DNA of 63,881 nucleotides, the filler included, from Octopus bimaculoides (Eukaryota), in NCBI RefSeq assembly GCF_001194135.2. It is 5 parts of 5 records of this genome, joined end to end, with 100 filler letters (N's around TTAATTAATTAA, not from the genome) between each part and the next. Parts side by side here need not be neighbours in the genome. Positions count along the whole stretch, not along the records: positions 33,731 to 57,542 come from NC_068985.1; positions 57,643 to 62,619 come from NC_068994.1; positions 62,720 to 63,881 come from NW_026420423.1; 2 more parts are not named here. One strand, written 5' to 3'. The position numbers and the translations under genes are program-made. The notes beneath the pieces were generated by a model, which saw only the letters and a program-made list of their open reading frames with translations, had not been told where the DNA came from and made no database searches. Below are positions 52,421 through 63,881 of this stretch, piece after piece. Every line of letters starts with the position of its first letter. The stretch's first letter is position 1.

Positions 52421-54331
52421 CTGATGGAGATGTGGTTGAGGCCACATCTTCTTGTGTCATTTACAGAGCCCGTGGTCATCAGCTTTGCATGACAACTTTT
52501 TATTGTCTCTGGATGTATTTTTGCTTGCTTACCTTTCCATGCACGCCACCATCTCTAGACCAAAACAATGGAATTCCACATTTCATAACCTACTACTATC
52601 TTAGCTCGCACCTGAAAAGTCAAGCGACCGGCCATCTGGTAAACAAGAAGTAAGAAATAAGACAATAAGAAAATAAAAAAAAATCCCCATTAGTGTAATC
52701 TGATTGAAAACTGCTTTCGTCATGACTTCAGCGATATTAAAAATTTTATAAGCAATTTCTATTGCCTAGTTACTTTCTACTTCCGTTGTAGATAAAAACG
52801 AATGCACAGATTTACTTTTTGGTTGATTAAAATGACGTTTTTTTTTGTTTTTTTGTTTTTTTGCAAAACGTTGGAAGAAATAATTTGCAAAATGCCATTC
52901 AATGAAAGGGATTAATAAACAATAAAGGTAGAACATTATTGATTTAATGTGACCTTTTCTTCTTTTAAAGGCAGTAACGTATGATATTAGAAGATATAGC
53001 AGTTATTTCTGGCACGTCAGACTACTAAACCCTACTTCTTTCGATTGAATCGTAAGTCACGGTTTAATCTGCAGTTTTCCTATTCCGACAGATTCTATAT
53101 AGTGTAACGAAAATGCTAAGAGATTTGAATGTATTTGTAGGTTATAATTCCAACAAGCAAAATGTTTCCTGGAAATTATGTGGTTTTCGTTCCTTTTATT
53201 TTCCATTAATCTTATTTTTGTTTCAGTCTTTTTACATACATTTATCTGGTATTTACAACCTGTGGCTTTTATTTTCTCTGTTTAGTTAGTAAACTATCCC
53301 TTAATTAAAATAAATTACTTCCGACTTGGCTTGATATTTAAAACGAAAACTACACAAGGAGCAAAAGTCAGCAATTGTGAGCAATTTACTGTGCACACCC
53401 TGTCTACCACATGCTCTCTGTCCTCGTGTTTATGCGAGGAAGTTTATTCCTTCTCTCTTTCTCTCTCTCACTCTCTCTCACCTCTCTTTCACACCCTTAT
53501 TGTCTCTCCTCCCTCGCTCGTTTCTCTGGGACATTTTCTCATTTTCTATATTCAATTTCTCACAAATAGCACTCATTCATACAGACAAAATTATTTTCCC
53601 AGCAACGTTAACTACGCTAATAATAAAATCTGCTAAAAGGACACAAAAATTAAATGGAAGCACCGGATCAGTCATTTAATATAACTACATTCACTAGACG
53701 TTTATATATCCATATGCACCGATTCTCCTTGACGCAGCATACTTATAGACTGCTAGAGCTATACATACAACGATGCGCTCATGCAAAATGTAATATGAAT
53801 ATTTCTACACACACTGGGATAATATATCAACATAAACTTCACACAAGTACATTAATGCACAAATGTATATACACACAACACAAGCATCTCAATGCACGTA
53901 TGTATATAAACTCAACACAAGAGCATGAACAAACTATGGTATATATACTTAACACAAGCATATGAACAAACAAATGTATATATACACAACACAAGCACAT
54001 TATACACAAAACAAGTGCATTAACACAAATGTACAAGTGCATCAATACACAAATGTATATATGCGCACAATACAACCGGATTAACACACAAATGTATATA
54101 TACATAAAACAGGCATATTCTTTTCTTTTCTACTCTAGGCACAAGGCCAGAAATTTTGGGGGAGGGGGCCAGTCGATTAGATCGACTCCAGTACGCAGCT
54201 GGTACTTAATTTATCGACCACGAAAGGATGAAAGGCAAAGTCGAGCTCTGCGGAATTTGAACTCAGAACGTAAAGACGGACGAAATACTGCTAAGCATTT
54301 CGTACATTCAACATCAGCAGAGTAATACGCA

Positions 54332-54433
<102 letters not shown>

Positions 54434-54938
54434 GTGTGTGTGTGTGTGTGTGCAATAGAAACAATTCATTATACGTCAATCTATTCTAGTTTCATCACTT
54501 ACTGCATAATCTGACATTCTTTAGAGTTTGGTTGTTTAGTCAACGAGATTTTTAAGTGTAAATATTAAAAAAACAACTTCCGTTATAGCATATATAAATA
54601 ACAAGTAAAGTTAACCACCAAATGAATGTGGCTGTTCCATGTCACTACTAGTTCAACTGCAGACTGATCTCCCCCCAGTCGTTTATCTGTGTGGTGCTCC
54701 ACCCTGTATATACAATATACATTGCTAGGAAGGGGAGCGAATCCCTGTCATTCTCTAGTAGACAACAGGATCGCGATACTGACTCAGTTTCGAGCTGGTT
54801 GGCTTATCTCCAGTCGCGAGTACCTGGTCGCCAGAAGCGATAGCCAGTGTCTGATCCTGCCAGCAATACTTTGTAAACAAAGCGACCATCGGACACTGAT
54901 TCGCAACAAGCAAAATAGTCAGTTGTAAAATCTCAAGA

Positions 54939-54984
<46 letters not shown>

Positions 54985-56409
54985 CGCGAGTGCGTTCGTG
55001 CGTGTATACATATCATGGACACAAGCTTGATTTGAGTACAAGACATCTGACACGATGACGACATCTCACTTTTTGGTGCTGATTTAGCCGACGATATGGT
55101 CGAGTAGATTATGAAATACATTATAGAAATTAGATTTCGGTAACACTTTGAAGAAACTCATTTCTTCTAACAAAAATTATCGCCGTAGAATCCAAAAACG
55201 AAGGTGATTATATACTTATATACTGTAGTATATCAACTTCAGTGCTCTTACAGTTATGCTGATTCTTCGTGCTTGTGAATAAGTATAATTGTCGCAGAAT
55301 ATAACATTGTATATTGTATGTCGTAACAGGTAATGGTAACTAGTTGTTTTTCTTGATGCTTAGACGCTGAAAAAATAGATGGATGATCAAAATTATTTCG
55401 GTAGCCATCTCCGTTTCATCCTTCCGTACATCACTTGATTCACTTTTCTAATAAGACAGCCCATATTAACTAGAGTAGGATGTGGACTGAGGAAGATTTA
55501 TTTCCTATTTTCAACACATCACTCATGCCGTATACGCCAGCGTATAAGAAGCGATTTTATATTCTTAAATATAGGAAAAAGTTGCCATGCTTCTAATGCA
55601 ACCGTATTACGGATGCGATTGCCTGTGTATGACTACACAATGGCCGCATTAACATTTTTTTCTCCACACAATACACAATAGCGTAGTTGAATGCATATCC
55701 TGAAGCATGAAAATTAGGAGAAAGTTATACTACCAAACATCTAGTCCGGCTTATAGTTTTCGGAAATAACCACTGCATCATATCCTGAATATACAGTTTT
55801 GATTTTAGTGATGTCAATTCATATAGCCCACACGACTGTAGTACCGGTAAACAAGTTCATGATACTGGAGAAAATTTTTTAAAAATTAAAGCTTCTTACA
55901 GTTGGATTTGATCCTAATATGTACATAGAAGCAATTGAATAATAGTGTAATAAGTGTCGAACGTTACTTTATCGTTTATGTCATTCCTAAATATATAACG
56001 TCTACTACATTACCAAATACATTATAAAATAATTTCACCTACAAGTTTGCTTCAAACTACTTTCTGCATCATATTTAACAAAGGCAATTAGAACACCAAT
56101 TAATCATGTTTGTCAAAGTGCTTGTCATTCAGTATACTTCAAAGTGTCTTCAAAGTGTCTGATGGAGAACTGTACGCAGGAAATAAACAGAGCCAGGTAA
56201 TGGAGTTATATTTCAACTTATACGCACGGCTGAAGATTAGACTTGCAGATTGATATCACCAGTAGCCGACATTTTGGTTGAAATGTACTTGCTGATGGAA
56301 TAAACATTAATTCAACAGTTTCCAAGATTTCCTACAATTGTCCTTATTTATACAATTTGCACTTATCTCTCTCTCTCTCTCTCTCTCTCTGATTGTTTCT
56401 TTCTTTCTC

Positions 56410-56444
<35 letters not shown>

Positions 56445-57769
56445 NNNNNNNNNNNNNNNNNNNNNNNNNNNNNNNNNNNNNNNNNNNNNNNNNNNNNNNN
56501 NNNNNNNNNNNNNNNNNNNNNNNNNNNNNNNNNNNNNNNNNNNNNNNNNNNNNNNNNNNNNNNNNNNNNNNNNNNNNNNNNNNNNNNNNNNNNNNNNNNN
56601 NNNNNNNNNNNNNNNNNNNNNNNNNNNNNNNNNNNNNNNNNNNNNNNNNNNNNNNNNNNNNNNNNNNNNNNNNNNNNNNNNNNNNNNNNNNNNNNNNNNN
56701 NNNNNNNNNNNNNNNNNNNNNNNNNNNNNNNNNNNNNNNNNNNNNNNNNNNNNNNNNNNNNNNNNNNNNNNNNNNNNNNNNNNNNNNNNNNNNNNNNNNN
56801 NNNNNNNTATATATATATATATATATATATGTATAAGTATAAGTAACATATCTGTGCTATTCTGCGTGTGCACATACTTACCGAATCACACGATACATGC
56901 AAAAAAAACCATAAATAACCTCATATTGTAAATAGGTTTCATGGTTTTATATACGATAACAACAAGCTTCACATGCACATTATAATAAAAAATATATAAG
57001 AGATCATATTTCTCTTAAAATTGGTGTTTGTTGTACATTTGATGAAGCTAAATCTGATAGTACTCTCACTAACTGATGATGAACCTTCATCACTGTAGCT
57101 ACAATGTTCTTCTATTTAGCATGACAAATTATGATTTGAAAGAGATTGACGTTATTTCCATAATATGCGCATTAACTATCTATGCACATATATATTCACC
57201 ACATTCCCTACCAATTTATATTTGTGTCTGACAGTATTATGTTCAAGTCCATCTTTAATCTGATATTCCTTTTATATTTTGTTAAACCGTCCTAATCCCG
57301 CTTTTGCTATACTTACCCCACTTCTAACCCTCACCTATCTTTTTTTCTTGGCCTCTCTCTTTCATACATGCACAAGATTACACACGCACGCAAACACATA
57401 CACATACACACACACATATACACGTACATTCATATATACATGCATACTTACATACTTATATACCTACATATCTATGTATATATATATACGTATGTATGTA
57501 TGTAAGTAGGTATGTAAATATATATATATATATATATATATANNNNNNNNNNNNNNNNNNNNNNNNNNNNNNNNNNNNNNNNNNNNTTAATTAATTAANN
57601 NNNNNNNNNNNNNNNNNNNNNNNNNNNNNNNNNNNNNNNNNNATTTACATAAAAAACTGTCCCTCTGTTGGTCCCAACAATGTATTCCAGTTTGTCTGAT
57701 CAGTGGAACAACCTGCTCATGAGATCAACGTGTAAGTGGCTGAGACTTGCAAAGTTGGTGTTTCCGGAA

Positions 57770-58075
57770 TGTCTGACGGAAACAAGAAAGGAAGCACTAA
57801 ATACTCCGTCACACGTTTGCGACTCATCAAATCCTTCTTACCCGCTATTTCTACTGGTATTCCCACTGTGTCTCTTGTACTCCCATAGTTTGAATTTGCT
57901 CCACCGTACATCCTTTATATTTCTTAGACACCGTTTCTGCTCCAATCAAGTTTCGTCTTGTATTTCCCAGATGACAGAACAGTCCTGTCTTTGCTACGTT
58001 CCCTTTCAGACCCTCAGTTTCTAGATTTTTTTCTCATGCTTGGAATTTCTTCTGTAATTCTTTGTAAGATTCTTT
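57770..58075 (-). mobile_element. RTE-like RT fragment
   Basis: ESYKELQKKFQ / RKNLETEGLKGNVAKT / KLWEYKRHSG motifs. Confidence 0.65.
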
Positions 58076-58659
58076 TGTGAGAAGCAGGTCAGTGGTGTAT
58101 AGAAGTTCTCACGGACAGCCAGTCTTAAACTCCACTGTTATGGCCAGGGGCTGTGTGTGTCTGTGTGTGTGTATGGCCATGCGTATTGTATGTTTGTACA
58201 TCTGTGTCATTATATGTATTAATATATATTTATACGTGTATCTATCTATCTATCTATCTATATATATATACACACATACATATTATATATATATATATAT
58301 ATATATAAAACTGCTCATACACACATATACACAAACACGCACATGCATCTATTCAGAGTGTCTCAAAAAACTGTATACTCACTTTAACAGCTGATAACTC
58401 AATTTTACTTCCGTTTTTAGATTTGACCCCTTAGAAATAATGAAGGGAGCAAGACTAAGCTTTGAACAAAGGAAATTCATTCTTAACCCTTTTCGTTACT
58501 TTATTTCTGTTGAGATGCTCTGTGTTTCTTTCAATTAATTTTAAATATAACAAAGAATTTTGTAAAATAACTTAGTTATCATTCAGCTAGTGTTAGGAAC
58601 ATAAATTGTGACTAAAGTTTGGTGGAAGATTTTAATTCAGAACTTATGAAAACAAGACA

Positions 58660-58830
58660 TCGAAAATAGAAATGCAAAGATCCTATGGGATTTTATGATT
58701 CAGTATGACCATGAGATAGAGAATAGGAAGCCGGACATAGTCTTAACTGAGAAAGAAAGCAAACTATGCTGGATCATAGATATAGCATGCCCAGCTGACA
58801 ATAAGGTATGTGATAAGGAAGAAAGGGCAT
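58660..58830 (+). mobile_element. RLE-domain fragment of R4/Dong-like non-LTR element
   Basis: ENRNAKILWDFMIQYDHEIENRKPDIVL..KLCWIIDIACPADNKV.DKE. Confidence 0.8.
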
Positions 58831-59179
58831 ATATATATAGATAGATAGATAGAGATTTATATATATATGCTGTGCTTTAGAAGACACGTCTAGCCAAGTG
58901 CAATCCTAGTCGTGGCTGATGCTGGTGTCATGTAACAGGCAGCCATGCCTGTTCGAGTGCTGGACCACATGGAAGTAATGTGACCGATGCCAGTGTCATG
59001 CAACTGGCCCCCATGCTAGTGTCACCTAAAAACACCCATTACCCTCTTGGAGTGGTTGGCATTAGTAGAAACCATGCCAAATCAGACTGGAGTCTGGTGC
59101 AACCGCTCAGCTTACCAGCCCTGGTCAAACCGGCCAACCCATGCCAGCATGGACAACAGACATTAAATGCTGCTGCTGA

Positions 59180-59222
<43 letters not shown>

Positions 59223-60396
59223 NNNNNNNNNNNNNNNNNNNNNNNNNNNNNNNNNNNNNNNNNNNNNNNNNNNNNNNNNNNNNNNNNNNNNNNNNNNNNN
59301 NNNNNNNNNNNNNNNNNNNNNNNNNNNNNNNNNNNNNNNNNNNNNNNNNNNNNNNNNNNNNNNNNNNNNNNNNNNNNNNNNNNNNNNNNNNNNNNNNNNN
59401 NNNNNNNNNNNNNNNNNNNNNNNNNNNNNNNNNNNNNNNNNNNNNNNNNNNNNNNNNNNNNNNNNNNNNNNNNNNNNNNNNNNNNNNNNNNNNNNNNNNN
59501 NNNNNNNNNNNNNNNNNNNNNNNNNNNNNNNNNNNNNNNNNNNNNNNNNNNNNNNNNNNNNNNNNNNNNNNNNNNNNNNNNNNNNNNNNNNNNNNNNNNN
59601 NNNNNNNNNNNNNNNNNNNNNNNNNNNNNNNNNNNNNNNNNNNNNNNNNNNNNNNNNNNNNNNNNNNNNNNNNNNNNNNNNNNNNNNNNNNNNNNNNNNN
59701 NNNNNNNNNNNNNNNNNNNNNNNNNNNNNNNNNNNNNNNNNNNNNNNNNNNNNNNNNNNNNNNNNNNNNNNNNNNNNNNNNNNNNNNNNNNNNNNNNNNN
59801 NNNNNNNNNNNNNNNNNNNNNNNNNNNNNNNNNNNNNNNNNNNNNNNNNNNNNNNNNNNNNNNNNNNNNNNNNNNNNNNNNNNNNNNNNNNNNNNNNNNN
59901 NNNNNNNNNNNNNNNNNNNNNNNNNNNNNNNNNNNNNNNNNNNNNNNNNNNNNNNNNNNNNNNNNNNNNNNNNNNNNNNNNNNNNNNNNNNNNNNNNNNN
60001 NNNNNNNNNNNNNNNNNNNNNNNNNNNNNNNNNNNNNNNNNNNNNNNNNNNNNNNNNNNNNNNNNNNNNNNNNNNNNNNNNNNNNNNNNNNNNNNNNNNN
60101 NNNNNNNNNNNNNNNNNNNNNAAAGACTAATTATTAATCGAATATTATTAATAAAAAATAATCGAAAATATATCAACACTATTCAAATCGAAGTTCTAAG
60201 ATTATGTTGAAATGAAACTATAACTTCTAAATAACTTATTTAACACTATTTAGTGTTAAATAAGTTATCTATTAAAAATAATCTTTAAAAAACCAAATGA
60301 ATAATATAAAAAACAACAATACATATTATTTTCAAATAGTAGAAAATCTTTAGCAAAGTAAAAACAGTACTTATCCATATTTTTCCGTAATTCAAA

Positions 60397-61845
60397 CTGA
60401 TTCGGCACAGGTAACTGATTTAGTAGGTATGTAGTCGTTATCTGAACTTTCGACTTGATGCGGGCGCCTAACTCGGCACAGGTAACTGATTCAGTGCGTA
60501 TGTAGTCGTTATCTGAACTTTCGACTTCATGCTGGCGCCTGACTCGGCACAGGTAACTGATTCAGTGGGTATGTAGTCGTTATCTGAACTTTCGACTTGA
60601 TGCCGGCGCCTGACTCGGTACAGGTAACTGATTCAGTGGGTATGTAGTCGTTATCTGAACTTTCGACTCGATGCGTTCGCCTGACTCGGCACAGGTAGGT
60701 GATTCGGTGGGCACGAATCCGTTAGCCGAACTTTCGACTCGATGCGTTCGCCTGACTCGGCACAGGTAGGTGATTCGGTGGGCACGCAGCCGTTAGACGA
60801 ACTATCGACTCGATGCGTTCGCCTGACTCGGCACAGGGAGGTGATTCGGTGGGCACGCAGCCGTCAGCCGAACATTCTACTAGATNNNNNNNNNNNNNNN
60901 NNNNNNNNNNNNNNNNNNNNNNNNNNNNNNNNNNNNNNNNNNNNNNNNNNNNNNNNNNNNNNNNNNNNNNNNNNNNNNNNNNNNNNNNNNNNNNNNNNNN
61001 NNNNNNNNNNNNNNNNNNNNNNNNNNNNNNNNNNNNNNNNNNNNNNNNNNNNNNNNNNNNNNNNNNNNNNNNNNNNNNNNNNNNNNNNNNNNNNNNNNNN
61101 NNNNNNNNNNNNNNNNNNNNNNNNNNNNNNNNNNNNNNNNNNNNNNNNNNNNNNNNNNNNNNNNNNNNNNNNNNNNNNNNNNNNNNNNNNNNNNNNNNNN
61201 NNNNNNNNNNNNNNNNNNNNNNNNNNNNNNNNNNNNNNNNNNNNNNNNNNNNNNNNNNNNNNNNNNNNNNNNNNNNNNNNNNNNNNNNNNNNNNNNNNNN
61301 NNNNNNNNNNNNNNNNNNNNNNNNNNNNNNNNNNNNNNNNNNNNNNNNNNNNNNNNNNNNNNNNNNNNNNNNNNNNNNNNNNNNNNNNNNNNNNNNNNNN
61401 NNNNNNNNNNNNNNNNNNNNNNNNNNNNNNNNNNNNNNNNNNNNNNNNNNNNNNNNNNNNNNNNNNNNNNNNNNNNNNNNNNNNNNNNNNNNNNNNNNNN
61501 NNNNNNNNNNNNNNNNNNNNNNNNNNNNNNNNNNNNNNNNNNNNNNNNNNNNNNNNNNNNNNNNNNNNNNNNNNNNNNNNNNNNNNNNNNNNNNNNNNNN
61601 NNNNNNNNNNCGAACTTTCGACTCGATGCGTTCGCCTGACTCGGCACAGGTAGGTGATTCGGTGGGCAGGCAGCTGTTAGCCGAACCTTCGACTCGATGC
61701 GTTCGCCTGACTCGGCACAGGTAAGTGATTCGGTGGACATGCATCCGTTAGCCGAATTCTCGACTCGATGCGTTCGCCTGACTCGGCATAGGTAGGTGAT
61801 TCGGTGGGCACGCACCCGTTAGCCGAACTTTAGACTCGATGCTGT
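60397..61845. repeat. CpG-rich 71-bp tandem array (725-N gap inside)
   Basis: Unit ctgactcggcacaggtaggtgattcggtgggcacgcagccgttagccgaactttcgactcgatgcgttcgc. Period 71 (starts at 60468, 60539, 60610, 60681, 60752); continues after the gap from 61611. Confidence 0.95.
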
Positions 61846-61949
61846 TTAGCCCGAGGAAGCTGGACCGCTTCCTGTCGGCCTTGACACAATTACTGTGTCC
61901 TTATATTTACGAAGGGGAGACAAGCTCCCCCACCCAGCCTAGCCAGCAT

Positions 61950-61988
61950 CAGGGACACGTTTCTGAGTCTTTGCTCGTCATCAGCCTG
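61950..61988 (-). ncRNA. Minimal type-I hammerhead-ribozyme-like motif
   Basis: Minus strand: CAGG-CTGATGA-cGAG(caaaga)CTCa-GAAAC-gt-GTC-CCTG. It has the core boxes, stem I 4 bp, stem II 3 bp and a vestigial stem III. Confidence 0.55.
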
Positions 61989-62289
61989 TAGGAGCACGAC
62001 CAGCTGGTTGATAAATTGTTATTATGATCACTATGGATCGAATACAAAGATGGGTACAATACAGAACAAACAAATAAACAAAATGTACGAGTTCTATGAT
62101 CATTTAAAAATTAACGATTGTCTTTATATTTACAATTCATATGTTCGTTGACCTTTTTTTTCCCCTTTCAATTATACAGACATACATATGCATACACACA
62201 CACACACACCTATATACATATACACGTATATACATACATACACACACATATACATACACACACACACATACACCTAAACACATGTATAT

Positions 62290-62620
62290 ATATTTTATAA
62301 TAAAAAGATTGGGTTTTTCAACCCGGCAGCCTATAAGGCCCAGCAGCTCGCCTTTTATTTTTTCGATGATTAGTTTAGGTGACTCACACCCACCTTTTTC
62401 ACCACTTCCTTCCATCTCTGTTCATATACTCTAGCTGACAAGGTTCTCTTTTCCAGCCCTATCTTGCTCTTCAGATGGTATTTGAAGTAAGTCAGCAATC
62501 CAGGGCCGGGCATGTAGTACCCTGTCACCAGACCTTCCATTCTTGTCCTCCATATGCACTCTTTCAACACTGCTACCGTACAGAAAAAGCAAGCCTCACC
62601 TTCCTTTGAGAGTCCAGTTN
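62290..62620 (-). mobile_element. Tx1/L1-clade LINE 3' remnant
   Basis: LKECIWRTRMEGL...LLTYFKYHLKSKIGLEKRTLS..YEQRW, paralogous to 24410-24840. Confidence 0.6.
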
Positions 62621-62719
62621 NNNNNNNNNNNNNNNNNNNNNNNNNNNNNNNNNNNNNNNNNNNTTAATTAATTAANNNNNNNNNNNNNNNNNNNNNNNNN
62701 NNNNNNNNNNNNNNNNNNN

Positions 62720-63339
62720 ATTATCTCTGGCTGCCCAGTCCTGGCTACGAAGGAATATATTCACAGACAGGAGAGAGCTGGGTCCTACATACATTAGAAG
62801 CTATGCCAACACTATGGAATAACAACAGAAAACGGCACAGGCCAGAAAGGGTCACAGAAAACGAGAAAGCAACCTTACTCTGGGATATACCAATACACAC
62901 AGATAGACAAATTAAGGCCAATAGGCCAGATATAGTTGTCAGAGATCATGAAGAAAAAAATGCTTTCTAATTGATATATCAATACCAGCAGATGACAACG
63001 TTTCTCTTAAAGAAATGGAGAAACTTTCAAAATACAAAAACCTGGAAATAGAGGTAACTGGAATGTGGAATCTAAAAACAGAAACAATTCGTATCATAGT
63101 GGGTGCATTAGGTATGATAAACACATATTTAGACACATACATAACAAAAACACGAGGACTTGCAAGTATATATTACATACAGAAAATTGCACTACTGGGC
63201 ACTGCACACATCCTACGCAAAACACTTTCAATACAGTAACCATAAGAGCATCACAGCAAACCACAGCACATACCCAAGGCACACAGAGCTGCGCCCGGCA
63301 GTGAAGTGAAAGCACGCTATAAAAATAAAACTACTGAAC

Positions 63340-63371
<32 letters not shown>

Positions 63372-63378
63372 TAATAAT
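62720..63378 (+). mobile_element. R4/Dong-like non-LTR retrotransposon 3' end with (AAT)n tail
   Basis: ISGCPVLATKEYIHR...ENEKATLLWDIPIHTDRQIKANRPDIVV..CFLIDISIPADDNVSLKEMEKLSKYKNLEIE..MW..IIVGALG..QKIALLGTAHILRKTLSI*, then (AAT)n at about 63340-63378. Confidence 0.9.
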
Positions 63379-63379
63379 C

Positions 63380-63881
63380 AGAAAACTGGCATGAGCATGT
63401 ATCAAGTAAAGTTATGCAGGAAGATGGAAAAGTAAGGATACCCTGTGACTATAATTTTCAGACAGATCGTGTAATCGAACACCGTCGGCCGGATATTCTC
63501 GTATTGAATAAGAAGGACAAATACTGTCAGATCATTGATGTTGCCATACCAAATGATAAGAATGTTGTGAGTAAAGAGGTTGAAAAAAATGACCAAGTAT
63601 TTCGAATTGAAGATGGAAACGACAAGACCGTATGGAATGCGAGAGGATAATTTTAAAGTGATACAAGTGGCGATCGCAGCGATGGGCTCGATGCCATTGA
63701 ACTTTCATGACTGGAAATCGCATGCAAGATTGATGTTTTGCAAAAAATAGTCTTATTGGCATAGCGCACATTTTAATGAAAGTGTCATCTGTCTGAGTTC
63801 CTTGTTTCAGACTTGACAGATGACTAAACATTCCGATGCATTTTTACCTACACTTAGTTACGAAGGAATAATAATGATAAT
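63380..63881 (+). mobile_element. Second, different R4/Dong-like 3' remnant
   Basis: DYNFQTDRVIEHRRPDILVLNK...IIDVAIPNDKNVVSKEVEK; frameshifted; ends in aataataatgataat. Confidence 0.8.

Noticed and set aside
60722-61815. Long ORFs over the 71-bp array, and the array as a CRISPR
   Set aside because: The ORFs are mostly N-gap and periodic. Units are contiguous with no unique spacers, there are no cas genes, and the context is eukaryotic.

Overview
AT-rich, repeat-saturated animal DNA with an assembly-gap signature (N-runs, four TTAATTAATTAA linkers). The SINE families and microsatellite load suggest an octopus genome; this is inference, not a database match. Most short ORFs in the track are microsatellite or gap artefacts. 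The main biology is a small cluster of secreted Cys-rich genes in the first 19 kb, which the ORF track shows only in fragments because they are spliced. Gene 1 (+) has five phase-consistent coding exons (2081-2243, 3899-4003, 4309-4381, 6062-6141, 7772-7962) plus a 3'UTR exon. It encodes a 203-aa protein: signal peptide, 12-Cys IGFBP N-domain, a truncated 4-Cys thyroglobulin type-1 (TY) domain and a complete 6-Cys TY domain. Gene 2 (-) is a diverged paralogue (18455-18293, 16104-16029, 15366-15290, terminal exon uncertain). It keeps the 8-Cys half of the IGFBP domain and the exon phases, but appears to lack the second IGFBP exon and the TY cysteines. A possible third, decayed paralogous exon lies at 520-~330 (-). 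The rest is layered transposon debris: tRNA-derived SINEs, RTE/Tx1/CRE/R4-like LINE remnants, Penelope, a solo LTR, hAT/piggyBac/Tc1 MITEs, MULE and DD41D Tc1/mariner relics. There are also two minimal hammerhead-ribozyme-like motifs and a CpG-rich 71-bp tandem array.
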